Shown here piece after piece: positions 48,743-58,713 of a stretch of DNA of 64,000 nt. The translations under genes were made by a program, and so were the position numbers. Source of the DNA: an uncultured Candidatus Binatia bacterium (GTDB lineage: Bacteria > Desulfobacterota > Binatia > UBA9968 > JAJDTQ01); NCBI GenBank assembly GCA_965215605.1, contig OZ244070.1, forward strand, positions 64,001 through 128,000, given 5' to 3'. The notes below the pieces were generated by a model. The model searched no databases. It had not been told where the DNA came from and saw nothing but the letters and a program-made list of their open reading frames with translations. Position 1 is the first letter of the stretch. Every line of letters starts with the position of its first letter.

Positions 48743-49968
48743 ATGAGCATCCGAAGAGTTCATCTTGTCTGGCTGCTGCTGGCCGCGCTGGTGGCCTTCT
48801 GGCCGTTGTCGGGCACATCGCATGAGACCTCGGAGACCGCCGCGCCGCCACCCGACATACCGGACGACCAGAAAGAACCGTTCGAACTGATCATGGCCTA
48901 CACGAACATCACCGTGGGGCCGGGTCAGGAATTCGAGATGGACGCCGAGGTCGTCAACCCGAGGAAGGCGAGTGTGCGGGTGGCGTTGGAGGCAACCTCG
49001 CTGCCCGACGGGTGGACCGCCGCGTTCCATTCCAGGTACCCGAGCTATCCGGTGGGCGGCATCATGGTCCAGGGCGGCAAGAACACCACCCTGGAACTCA
49101 AGATCAAGCTTCCCGACGACGTGGAGCCGGGCAACTATGAGGTGGCGGTAACCGCCAGGGACGACAAGGGCGAGAAGACGGAGAACGCCAAGATTGCCTT
49201 TAACGTCTCCGCCAAGAAGGTGGACACCGGCGGCCTCAAGATGGAGAGCCAGTACCCGGTGCTGAGCGGCAACACCAGCCAGACCTTCAAGTTCGGCATC
49301 GACCTCAAGAACGAGACCGACAACCCGGTGACCACTGCCCTGGCGGCCCAGGCGCCGCCGGGCTGGGTGGTCAAGATCAAGCCTCAGTTCGAGGAGACGC
49401 AGATCTCCTCCATCGCGCTCAAGAAGGATTCGAGCGAGACCCTGAGCGTCGAGATCCAGCCCCCGCTGCTCGGGGAGCCCGGTGACTATCCGGTGGTGGT
49501 CAGGGCCCGCTCCGGCGGTCTCTCCGCCCAAGCGGACCTCAAGATCTCGCTGTCCGGCACCCAGGAGCTCGACATGGGTACCGCCACGGGCCGGTTCAAC
49601 GCGTCAGTGACCGCCGGAGAGCAGTCCCAGGTGGATTTTCTCGTGGCCAACGCGGGCACGGCGCCGCTCACCAATCTCTCCTTCATCTCATCGAAGCCGG
49701 ATCAGTGGGAGGTCAACTTCAAGCCGGACAAGGTCGACTCCCTGAATCCCGGGGCACTCCGCGAGGTGAAGATGGAGATCACCGCCCCGGACCGGGCCGT
49801 AGCCGGCGACTACATGCTCGCCGTCACCACCAACAGCCCGGACACCAACAAGTCCATCAACTTCAGGGTCACGGTGTCGACGCCCACCATCTGGGGTTGG
49901 ATCGGCGCTTTCATCGTGGCGGCCGTGGTGCTTGGACTGGCGGCAGTCTTCATCCGGCTGGGACGGAG

Positions 49969-49972
<4 letters not shown>
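48743..49972 (+). CDS. Membrane-anchored NEW3 (Ig-like) repeat protein
   Basis: Signal peptide, three beta-rich repeats (LPDGW/PPGW/PDQW; PG.Y), C-terminal TM ending RLGRR. Confidence 0.82.
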
Positions 49973-50901
<929 letters not shown>

Positions 50902-50903
50902 CG

Positions 50904-51833
50904 ATGCTCGTCGTTTATTGGAAGGAGCTCCAGGATCATTTCAGCAGCCTCCGCTTCATGATCCTGCTCGCCCTGATCATGCTGCCGGGGATATTGTCCG
51001 TCTACATTGCGGGGCAGGCGATCCAGCAGTCGGTGCAAAGCAACCCGACGGAGTACGTCTTTCTCAGGCTTCTCACCACCGAGTCCCTCTTCTTTTCGCT
51101 TGCCACGTTCCTGGGCCTCTTCGGCCCGCTGGTGGGCATCACCTTGGGATTCGACAGCATCAGCGGTGAATACGGACGGGGGACGCTGAGCCGCGTGCTG
51201 TCACAGCCCATCTACCGGGACAGCCTGATCAACGGCAAGTTCCTGGCCGGCTTGACTACCTTGGCCATCCTGTGGGTGTCGATCCTGCTGGTGGTGCTCG
51301 GTCTGGGCATCACCCTCATCGGCTATTTCCCCAATGCCGAAGAGCTGTGGCGGATGCTCTTCTTCGCCATCATCGGCATCTCCTACACGGGCTTCTGGCT
51401 GGCCTTGGCCATGCTGCTCTCCATGGTGCTCCGGAGGACGGTCACCGCGGCGCTCGCCGCCATCGCCCTGTGGCTCTTCCTGGGAATCTTCATCGGCGTG
51501 CTCTCCGGTTTCGTGGCCGGACTGATCATCCCGACTCCGGGGACCGCCGAAGAGGCGGCCCGGCTCGCGACCATCGAAACGGTCCTTGGGCGCATGTCCC
51601 CGAGCCTGCTCTACAGCGAATCGGTGCGGCTGCTGCTGAATCCGGTGGCGCGGACCCTGATCCCGATCCTGCCGGAACAGCTCGCCCAGCTCGAAAGTCT
51701 GATCGTCGCGCCCCTCAGCCTCGGCCAGAGCCTGCGCCTGATCCTGCCCATGTTCTTCACGCTGGTGTCGCTCGTGGCAGTGTGCTTCGGCATCGCCTAC
51801 ATCAAGTTCATGCGAACGGAAATCCGCGCCTGA
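50904..51833 (+). CDS. ABC-2 type permease
   Basis: GFDSISGE..RGTLSRVLSQPIYRD.LINGKF; multiple TM segments. Confidence 0.9.
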   Translation: MLVVYWKELQDHFSSLRFMILLALIMLPGILSVYIAGQAIQQSVQSNPTEYVFLRLLTTESLFFSLATFLGLFGPLVGITLGFDSISGEYGRGTLSRVLSQPIYRDSLINGKFLAGLTTLAILWVSILLVVLGLGITLIGYFPNAEELWRMLFFAIIGISYTGFWLALAMLLSMVLRRTVTAALAAIALWLFLGIFIGVLSGFVAGLIIPTPGTAEEAARLATIETVLGRMSPSLLYSESVRLLLNPVARTLIPILPEQLAQLESLIVAPLSLGQSLRLILPMFFTLVSLVAVCFGIAYIKFMRTEIRA

Positions 51834-51857
51834 TACGGGAGCGCAGACTCCGACGGC

Positions 51858-51905
51858 CAATGCGAAAAGGGCAGGTGTCATCCGACACCTGCCCTTTTCG
51901 CATTG
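51858..51905. terminator. Long perfect hairpin between convergent operons (probably a bidirectional terminator)
   Basis: CAATGCGAAAAGGGCAGGTGTC-atcc-GACACCTGCCCTTTTCGCATTG, 22-bp perfect stem. Confidence 0.8.
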
Positions 51906-51934
51906 TTTCCGGCGGCCGCGGACTCCGCGGGAAA

Positions 51935-52423
51935 TCAGGAGGCCTCGCTCTTCCCCACCCCCATGATGGACTCGACGATCTTCTTGTAGCCGGTGCAACG
52001 GCAGATGTTGCCGTTCATGTACTCGATGACTTCTTCCTCCGTGGGGTCCGGATTCTCGTCGAGCAGGGTCTTGGCGGTCAGGATCATGCCCGGCGTACAG
52101 AAGCCGCACTGGAAGCCGCCGAATTCGATGAAGGCCTCCTGGATCGGATGCAGCTTGCCGTCCTCGGCCATTCCCTCGATGGTGAGCACGTCCTTGTCCC
52201 TGGCCTCGAACGCCGGCAGGGTGCACGAACTCACGGGGCGCCCGTTCACCAGCACCGTGCAGGCGCCGCACACCTGCACGTCACAGGAACGCTTGGAGCC
52301 GGTGAGGCCCAGACGCTTGCGGATCACGTCCAGGAGCAGCTCGTGGGGTTCCACCTCGATGTCGTAGCGAGTCCCGTTCACGTTGAAGGATAACGGAAGG
52401 GTCTGCCGTCCGCTGTCTGCCAT
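51935..52423 (-). CDS. (2Fe-2S)-binding small subunit, CoxS/XdhC-like
   Basis: GSKRSC....CGACTV, TIEG, QCGFCTPG, GNICRCTGY. Confidence 0.93.
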   Translation of the reverse strand: MADSGRQTLPLSFNVNGTRYDIEVEPHELLLDVIRKRLGLTGSKRSCDVQVCGACTVLVNGRPVSSCTLPAFEARDKDVLTIEGMAEDGKLHPIQEAFIEFGGFQCGFCTPGMILTAKTLLDENPDPTEEEVIEYMNGNICRCTGYKKIVESIMGVGKSEAS

Positions 52424-52479
52424 AGCCGTTGGCCTCCGCTCGGTTCTTGTGGCTGAAATCCGGTGTCCGCGTCAACCGG

Positions 52480-53349
52480 CTAACCGGCCAACTCCGTCCG
52501 GATATCGTTGAAGGCCCGGGTCAAAAGGACCTTGACGATGTGTTCCTTGTATTCGGCCGATCCATGGAGATCGCTGATGGCGTCGCCCGCGCGCGCGGCG
52601 ATGTCGCCGGCCTCGGCCATCCTTTGCGCCGCCTCATCGAGGCTCTTCCCCCGCAGCACCGCTTCCGCCTCTTCCACCCGCATCGACTTGGGGCCCACGC
52701 AGCCCACCGCGATCCTCACGTCCTGGACCGCTTCCCGCGCCCCGTCCGCCATCACGTGAAGCGCCAACCCCGCGCTCGGCCGTTCCAGGTAACCGAACTT
52801 GCGGTAGCGCACCGCGGCATTGGCGGCGGGCAACGGCACCACGATCTCGGTGAGTACCTCGTCCTCTTCCACGGCCGCGTCGTAGGCGTCCACGAAGAAC
52901 TCGGCCATGGGGATCTCTCGCGAGCCGTTGGCGGTTTGCGCAACCACCGTGGCATCCAGCGCCAGCAGCAGGGTGCCGGGATCCGCGTGGGGCTCGGCGA
53001 AGGTCAGATTGCCGCCGAGGGTCCCGACCTCGCGCACCCGCAGGTTGGCCACGTTCCGTTCCATCTCCACCAGCACCGGCAGCTTCTCCTGGAGCGTCCC
53101 GGAACGTTCGAGTTGCCGGTGGGTGCTCAACGCGCCGATCCGGACGCTGCCGTTGTCAAGGTTGATCCCATCCAGCCCGGGAATCTTCTTGACGTTGACG
53201 AGGCACTCGAAGTGGACCAACCCCTCCTTCATGGCCAGCAGCAGCTCGGTGCCGCCGGCGTAGACCTTGGCCGAGTCGCCGTAGCGGGCGAGGGATTCGG
53301 ACGCCGCCTTGACGCTATCCGGCTCTTCCAGACGAAACGGACGCAACAT
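52480..53349 (-). CDS. FAD-binding medium subunit, CoxM-like
   Basis: AGGTEL, R..GTLGGNL..A.P.AD, D.HGSAEYK. Confidence 0.92.
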   Translation of the reverse strand: MLRPFRLEEPDSVKAASESLARYGDSAKVYAGGTELLLAMKEGLVHFECLVNVKKIPGLDGINLDNGSVRIGALSTHRQLERSGTLQEKLPVLVEMERNVANLRVREVGTLGGNLTFAEPHADPGTLLLALDATVVAQTANGSREIPMAEFFVDAYDAAVEEDEVLTEIVVPLPAANAAVRYRKFGYLERPSAGLALHVMADGAREAVQDVRIAVGCVGPKSMRVEEAEAVLRGKSLDEAAQRMAEAGDIAARAGDAISDLHGSAEYKEHIVKVLLTRAFNDIRTELAG

Positions 53350-53352
53350 GGA

Positions 53353-53805
53353 TCAGGCTCCTCCCTCGAGTTCCTTCTTGACCGCCTCGGCAAACTTCAC
53401 CATGTCGTTGTCCGCCTTGCGCTTGATGATGCTGTGTCCCAGCGTGGCCAGCTTGCCGAGGATATCCACGGAAGCCACGACGGAAACCTGCGTCGCCTCG
53501 CCCCGGTCCTCCAGCGAGACGTCGAGGTCCACCTTCAGGTGGCTGCCGATCTTGTTGTCGCTGCCGGTGGCGCGGGCCTTGATCCGATCCTTCGGCTCGT
53601 TCTCCAGGACCTCGATCTCGATGGGGAAAGTGACCTTGAAGGGCCCCACCCGGGCCACCATCTTGGCTTTGTAGCGTTTGCCGGCCTCGACGGTGGAGGC
53701 TTCCTCGCAGCCGGGAACGCAGGCGATCAGCCGGTCCACGTCCCACAGGAAGTCCCAAGCCGTATCCCGGGGCACTCCGATCTCGATACTGTTCTCGAAA
53801 TTCAT
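53353..53805 (-). CDS. CoxG/SRPBCC family protein
   Basis: WDFL.D......CVPG, VGPFK..F, GKLA.LG. Confidence 0.88.
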   Translation of the reverse strand: MNFENSIEIGVPRDTAWDFLWDVDRLIACVPGCEEASTVEAGKRYKAKMVARVGPFKVTFPIEIEVLENEPKDRIKARATGSDNKIGSHLKVDLDVSLEDRGEATQVSVVASVDILGKLATLGHSIIKRKADNDMVKFAEAVKKELEGGA

Positions 53806-53838
53806 AACGGGGTTCTTAGCAGAATCCCGGCGGCCACA

Positions 53839-54831
53839 TCAAGCGCGCTCGTTGAAGCCCTCGAGGACCTCGAACTCCCGTGACAGGTAGGTCTTGAGCT
53901 TCTTCTTGACCCGATTCTCGATCTGACGGACCCGCTCCCGGCTGATGTCGTACCGCTCGCCGATCTCGCGCAGCGTCAGCGGCGTTTCCGCCATCAGCCG
54001 CTCCCGAAAGACCACCCGTTCCTTGTCCTTCAGGCCCTCCCCGAACGTCCTCAAGCGCGTCTTGATGGCCCGACGGTACTCGTCCTCCGCCAGCAGCTCC
54101 TCCGGCGTCGGACTGTCGTCCGTGAGGGTGTTCAGCAGGGTGGCGCCCTCGCCCTCGCCCATGGGCGCGTCGGTGGAGAGGTCCCGGCCCGAGAGCCGCT
54201 GGTCCATCTCGATGACCTCGGACTCTTTCACGTCCAGCCGCTGCGCGATCAGCTTGGCGCCAGGGACAAAGCCCTCGGCCTCCAGCTTCTCCTTCTCCTT
54301 CTGCAGGTTGAAGAACAGCCTGCGCTGCGCCTGGGTAGTCCCCAGCTTGACCATGCGCCAGTTGTTCATGAGGTAGCGAATGATGTAGGCGCGGATCCAC
54401 CAGACAGCGTAGGACGGGAACCGGACGCCCCGGTAGGGGTCGAAGTTCTTGAGGCTCTCCATGAGCCCGATGTTGCCTTCCTGTATCAGGTCCAGGAGAT
54501 TCCGGAAGGCCCGTTCGTATTCCCGGGCGATCATCACCACCAGCCGCAGGTTCGCCCGCACCAGCTTGTAGGCGGCCTCGACGTCACCGAACTGCTTGTA
54601 CCGCACCGCCAGTGCGTGTTCCTCCTCGCGCGTGAGCACCGGGTAGCGGCGGATCTCGGTCAGATAGCTTTGCAGCGCGTCGAAGGGAACCAGCGCGCCG
54701 GGGGGTTCCTCCGCCTGATCGGCGGCGTCCGCAGCGTCGTCAATCTCGTCCGGCACCACCGGCTCGGCGGTTGCGTCCGCGGCTGGAGCGTCACTTTCCT
54801 CGACGACTTCAATGGGCGGGTATTTGGCCAT
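53839..54831 (-). CDS. rpoH: RNA polymerase sigma factor, RpoH (sigma-32) type
   Basis: ANLRLV, DLIQEGN.GL, YAVWWIRA, RpoH box VKLGTTQAQRRLFFNL, TLREIG..ISRERVRQIE. Confidence 0.85.
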   Translation of the reverse strand: MAKYPPIEVVEESDAPAADATAEPVVPDEIDDAADAADQAEEPPGALVPFDALQSYLTEIRRYPVLTREEEHALAVRYKQFGDVEAAYKLVRANLRLVVMIAREYERAFRNLLDLIQEGNIGLMESLKNFDPYRGVRFPSYAVWWIRAYIIRYLMNNWRMVKLGTTQAQRRLFFNLQKEKEKLEAEGFVPGAKLIAQRLDVKESEVIEMDQRLSGRDLSTDAPMGEGEGATLLNTLTDDSPTPEELLAEDEYRRAIKTRLRTFGEGLKDKERVVFRERLMAETPLTLREIGERYDISRERVRQIENRVKKKLKTYLSREFEVLEGFNERA

Positions 54832-54887
54832 ATGACAACGCTGAATGTACCGTTTTTACGGGGGTTTATCAAGAACAAGCGGCTACC

Positions 54888-54916
54888 TTGACATGGCGCA
54901 CGGCGGGTCCTATTCT
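54888..54916 (+). promoter_or_regulatory. Sigma70-like promoter for the ferritin-like gene
   Basis: TTGACA-N17-TATTCT, ending 8 nt before ATG 54925. Confidence 0.6.
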
Positions 54917-54924
54917 AGTGGCCC

Positions 54925-55404
54925 ATGGCACTGACAGAGATCATTACGGGTTGGTTCGAGCGCAATCGGGCGAAACGGGAGGTGCGCACGACACGGACCG
55001 TGCTGGCCGACAACTACCGGGAGTTGGCCGGCTTGGCCAACCGGCTCAGGCAGCACGCCGAAAAGGCGCCCTACCCCTTCATGGCCGAGCGGCTGCGGCA
55101 GATGGCCGCGGAGAAGGAAAAGAGCATCGGAGTTCTGTTCGAGAGCATCGAGCATCTCGGCGCCCGGGTCGCCAAGTTCGATTCGAGCGTCCCGTCCGGC
55201 AGGAACCACTGGGAACGGATGCACCAGGACTTCGAGGACCAGAAGCGGGTGGAGGCGAGGCTCACGGCCGACATCTCCTGCCTGGCCATCGAGGCGCCGG
55301 ACCACAGCCAACTCCTGCGGCAACTCGTGGAGGTCGAGCGCCGTCACAACGCGGCGTTGCTGGACCTCCTGGCCCGCGCCGACCCTCAGGCCGAACAGAC
55401 CTGA
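54925..55404 (+). CDS. Ferritin-like four-helix hypothetical protein
   Basis: Helical pattern L..M...E.....L...I..LG and EVERRH; coding-like codon bias. Confidence 0.6.
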   Translation: MALTEIITGWFERNRAKREVRTTRTVLADNYRELAGLANRLRQHAEKAPYPFMAERLRQMAAEKEKSIGVLFESIEHLGARVAKFDSSVPSGRNHWERMHQDFEDQKRVEARLTADISCLAIEAPDHSQLLRQLVEVERRHNAALLDLLARADPQAEQT

Positions 55405-55466
55405 ACTCCGGACTCGGACTCCGGCGCGTGAAGTCTCGCCGTAACGGCGGCAGCCGGCGATGCCGG

Positions 55467-55634
55467 CTACTGCTCCCGGCGCGAAGGCTCGCGTCCGTCC
55501 GAGAAGGCCACGTTCAGGGCGAGACCGGCCATGATCGCGTCCCATGCCTGCCTCTCCGACAGTCCCGCTGAACGGAACGTCTTCCACAGGCCGATGATCT
55601 CGGTCTCGGTGGGCGAGGTAAAGGAAGTATCCAT
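55467..55634 (-). CDS. Small hypothetical protein (55 aa) coupled to the RidA-family gene
   Basis: ATG overlaps the upstream TGA (TGATG); MDTSFTSPTETEIIGLWKTFRSAGLSERQAWDAIMAGLALNVAF. Confidence 0.5.
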   Translation of the reverse strand: MDTSFTSPTETEIIGLWKTFRSAGLSERQAWDAIMAGLALNVAFSDGREPSRREQ

Positions 55635-56035
55635 CAATCGATACAAGCCAGCCCGGACACTTCGACCATGCAGTCCGGGTTGTAGAGTCCCGTTACCTGA
55701 ACCAGGGTGATCGCGGGGAAGTGCTTTCCAAAGATCGCCCGGTAGGAAGCGCCGATCTCCTTGCGGTGGTCGTGGTAGGCCTGGACGTCGGTGACGTACA
55801 TCGTCAACGTCGCGTAGTCCTGGGGACGGCCCCCGGCGCCCTCGACGGCCGTCCGGAGGTTCTTCCACACCTGCCCGAACTGCGCCGCGAGGTCGCCCTT
55901 GCCGACCACGTTGCCCTCGGCGTCGAACGGCGCCTGCCCGGCCACCTCCACCAGCCTGCCGGAAGAGATGCTCGCCAGATGCGAGTATCCCACCGGATTC
56001 TCGAGGCCGTTCGGATTAATCAGATCGAATGCGAT
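55634..56035 (-). CDS. RidA/YjgF family protein; probable ATC start
   Basis: INP.GL..PVGYSH, VAGQ, FPA.TLVQV..L...MVEV; AAAGGAG SD 8 nt before ATC 56035. Confidence 0.85.
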   Translation of the reverse strand: MAFDLINPNGLENPVGYSHLASISSGRLVEVAGQAPFDAEGNVVGKGDLAAQFGQVWKNLRTAVEGAGGRPQDYATLTMYVTDVQAYHDHRKEIGASYRAIFGKHFPAITLVQVTGLYNPDCMVEVSGLACID

Positions 56036-56166
56036 GACGATGTCTCCTTTGCCGGATCGTTTGGACTCGCGTAAGTCACGACTTGCATTAAGCATCGTCC
56101 TGATCGTAGTCAAGCACGCCAGGACGAACAATCAATGCGGCCGAGCCTCTTATCCGTCCGGCGACG

Positions 56167-57165
56167 TCACCGGCGGCCGAACGCCCCGATGAACTCCCGG
56201 ATCTCCGCCACCACGTCGTCCGTGCACGGGACGTACGGCAGGATCACGCGGGTGGCACCGGCGTCGCCGTAGGCCTTCACCTGCTCCAGCACCTCCGCCA
56301 CCGACTCGCCGGCCACCAAGGGCAGGCCGTCCAGGAGCCGGTCCGTGATCTGCCCGGTGGCGGCCCGGAATCCCGACTCGCGCCAAGCCCGCCGGATGGC
56401 GGCGACCTCCTCGCTGAACCCCATGCGGGCCAGCAGATCGCGGTAGTAGTCGGCCAGGGCGTAGTAGGTCAGGATGCGGCCCAGCGCCCGGCGCGCCGCC
56501 TCCCTGTCCGCGGCCACGCAGCACCGGACCTTGCAGATGATCTCCAGCGCGTCCGGGTCCCTGCCCGCGAGCCGGGCGCCCTCCCGGGCGTTGTCCGTGA
56601 TGCGGCGGATCTCCTCCGGATTGGCCATGTTGATCAGCACGCCGTCGCTCAACCGGCCGGCCAGGCGGCTCATCTGCGGCCCGAAGGCCGCCAGGTAGAC
56701 CGGGATCTTCCTGCCCGACGGCTTGAACGCCATCTTGAACGCGCCGGCATGGTAGAAACGCCCCTGGTAGTCCAGCTTCTCCCCGCGGAGCGCGGCCTGG
56801 ACCACCTCCAGGTACTCCCGGATCCGCCCCAGCGGCCGGTCGAACTCCACCCCGTGCCAGTTGGCGATGGTGGGGTTGGAGATGCCGAGCCCGAACAGGA
56901 ACCGCCCGCCGGAGAGCTCGTCGAGGCCGGCGGCGTGGAGCGCCATGCTCACCGGCGTCCGGCCCAGCATGTGGTAGACCGCGGTGCCGAGCTTCAGCCG
57001 GCCGGTCACCGCGGCCGCCGCCGCCAGCATCACCGTCGGGTCCTTGTTGTTGGCCTCCCCTCCCCAGGCGCAGTCGAACCCGCTGTCCTCCGCGGCCCGG
57101 GCCAGTTCGGGAATGGCGTCCATGGGAAGCTGGGCGCCCGAGTTGAATTCGATGTCGAGCTTCAT
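56167..57165 (-). CDS. LLM-class (Mer-like, probably F420-dependent) oxidoreductase
   Basis: AEDSGFD, LGTAV, LDELSGGRF.FGLG, VYLAAFGPQM.RLAG..SDG. Confidence 0.88.
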   Translation of the reverse strand: MKLDIEFNSGAQLPMDAIPELARAAEDSGFDCAWGGEANNKDPTVMLAAAAAVTGRLKLGTAVYHMLGRTPVSMALHAAGLDELSGGRFLFGLGISNPTIANWHGVEFDRPLGRIREYLEVVQAALRGEKLDYQGRFYHAGAFKMAFKPSGRKIPVYLAAFGPQMSRLAGRLSDGVLINMANPEEIRRITDNAREGARLAGRDPDALEIICKVRCCVAADREAARRALGRILTYYALADYYRDLLARMGFSEEVAAIRRAWRESGFRAATGQITDRLLDGLPLVAGESVAEVLEQVKAYGDAGATRVILPYVPCTDDVVAEIREFIGAFGRR

Positions 57166-57260
57166 GGGGTCTCCAGGAAATGATGCGGTTAACACCGCCT
57201 CGGCCGGCGGTCAAGCGTCATGTCTTGAAACTCCGGCATGGATACATTAGTTACCGTGCC

Positions 57261-58178
57261 ATGATCATCGACGCTCATGCCCATCTGGTGCCGCAAGACT
57301 GGTACCACCCCAAGTCGCCGCAGGCCATCTTCGACATCCCTCGTCTGCGGGACGAGCAGCAACAGGCCGGGGTGGACCTGACGATCTTCGGCAACAACTG
57401 GATCCGCACGCCCGCCGGCAAGGACCCCTTCGACATCGTGACGGAGTTCAACGCGTTCGCGGCCGAGACCACCGCCAAGCACTCCGACTACCTGCTGGGG
57501 CTGGCGTGCGCGGTGCCCTTCGGCGGCGACAGGTTCCTCAAGGAGACCGAACGGGCGGTGCGCGAATACGGCCTCAAGGGGATCATGATCAACTCGAGCG
57601 TCGACGGCGAGTACCTGGACTCGCCCAACGCGGTGCCGTTCTTCGAGCTGGTGACCGACCTCGACGTGCCGTTGTTCGTGCACCCGCCCCGGGTCACCAT
57701 CGGCGCGGAGAAGATGGAGATCTTCCGCCTCCCGGAGATGGTGGGCCGGCCCTTCGACACTACCCTGTCGCTGGCGCGCTTCATCTTCACCGGCGGCTTC
57801 GAGCGGTTCCCGGACCTCGTGATGATCTGCTCCCACGTGGGCGGCGCCCTGCCCATGCTGCCCGGACGCCTGGACTTCGGCTACGAGCTCCGCAAGGACG
57901 ACAGCTTCGGCCCCTGGGAGCCCGACGTGCTACCGCGGGCGCCGAGCACCTACATCGAACAGCTCTACTACGACACCGTAAGCCTTCACGCGCCGGCGGT
58001 GATGTGCGCCGTGGAGACGGCGGGCGCCGACCACGTGCTGTTCGGCAGCGACTTCCCGCCGGTGCCGATTCCGCTCGAGCGCTCGGTGGACGCCGTCCGG
58101 GACGTCCGGCTGTCCGACTCGGACAAGCAGAAGATCCTCGGCGACAACGCCGTGAGGCTGCTGCGGCTGGGACAGTAG
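57261..58178 (+). CDS. Amidohydrolase_2 (ACMSD-like decarboxylase/hydratase)
   Basis: IDAHAH, FVHP, PFDTT, SHVGG.LP...GR, YYDT, FGSDFP. Confidence 0.9.
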   Translation: MIIDAHAHLVPQDWYHPKSPQAIFDIPRLRDEQQQAGVDLTIFGNNWIRTPAGKDPFDIVTEFNAFAAETTAKHSDYLLGLACAVPFGGDRFLKETERAVREYGLKGIMINSSVDGEYLDSPNAVPFFELVTDLDVPLFVHPPRVTIGAEKMEIFRLPEMVGRPFDTTLSLARFIFTGGFERFPDLVMICSHVGGALPMLPGRLDFGYELRKDDSFGPWEPDVLPRAPSTYIEQLYYDTVSLHAPAVMCAVETAGADHVLFGSDFPPVPIPLERSVDAVRDVRLSDSDKQKILGDNAVRLLRLGQ

Positions 58179-58239
58179 CAGGGGGCGGCCGATGGCTCGA
58201 CCTCCCCTTTCGGGGCCGCCCGACACGGGCGCCCCGCCG

Positions 58240-58713
58240 TCAACTCAACACGAGGGACAGGCACAAGTGGGCGGTCAGGTTCGCGCAGACCCCGGCCGCG
58301 ACGTCATCCATCATCACGTTCCAGGGTCCTGGGCGGCGGTCGAAGAACGAAACCGGCGGAGGCTTCCACACGTCGAAGAGACGGAACAGCAGGAACGCGG
58401 CCAGCATGAACTCCCAGCGGCCCGCGTAACCGACGCTCAGGAGCGCGATCCACTGCCCCGCCACTTCGTCGCACACCACGTGGGGCGGGTCCTTGGGGCC
58501 GTCGCCGCCCCGCAACATGACGCCCACGCTGACGCCGCCCAGGACGAAGGCGACGACGATGACCGGCGCCAGCAACGCGGCCTGCTGGAACGGACCCATT
58601 AGCGCGTAGACCTGGACCGCGACAACGCTGGCCATCGTGCCCGGGGCTACGGGAAAGAACCCCAGGCCGCCGACGCTGGCCACCGCCACGGCCCATGTTG
58701 AACTTCGCTCCAT
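58240..58713 (-). CDS. pgpA: Phosphatidylglycerophosphatase A
   Basis: G..PVAPGT, KDP..VV.DE.AG, FRLFD.WKP, VMMDD..AG. Confidence 0.9.
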   Translation of the reverse strand: MERSSTWAVAVASVGGLGFFPVAPGTMASVVAVQVYALMGPFQQAALLAPVIVVAFVLGGVSVGVMLRGGDGPKDPPHVVCDEVAGQWIALLSVGYAGRWEFMLAAFLLFRLFDVWKPPPVSFFDRRPGPWNVMMDDVAAGVCANLTAHLCLSLVLS

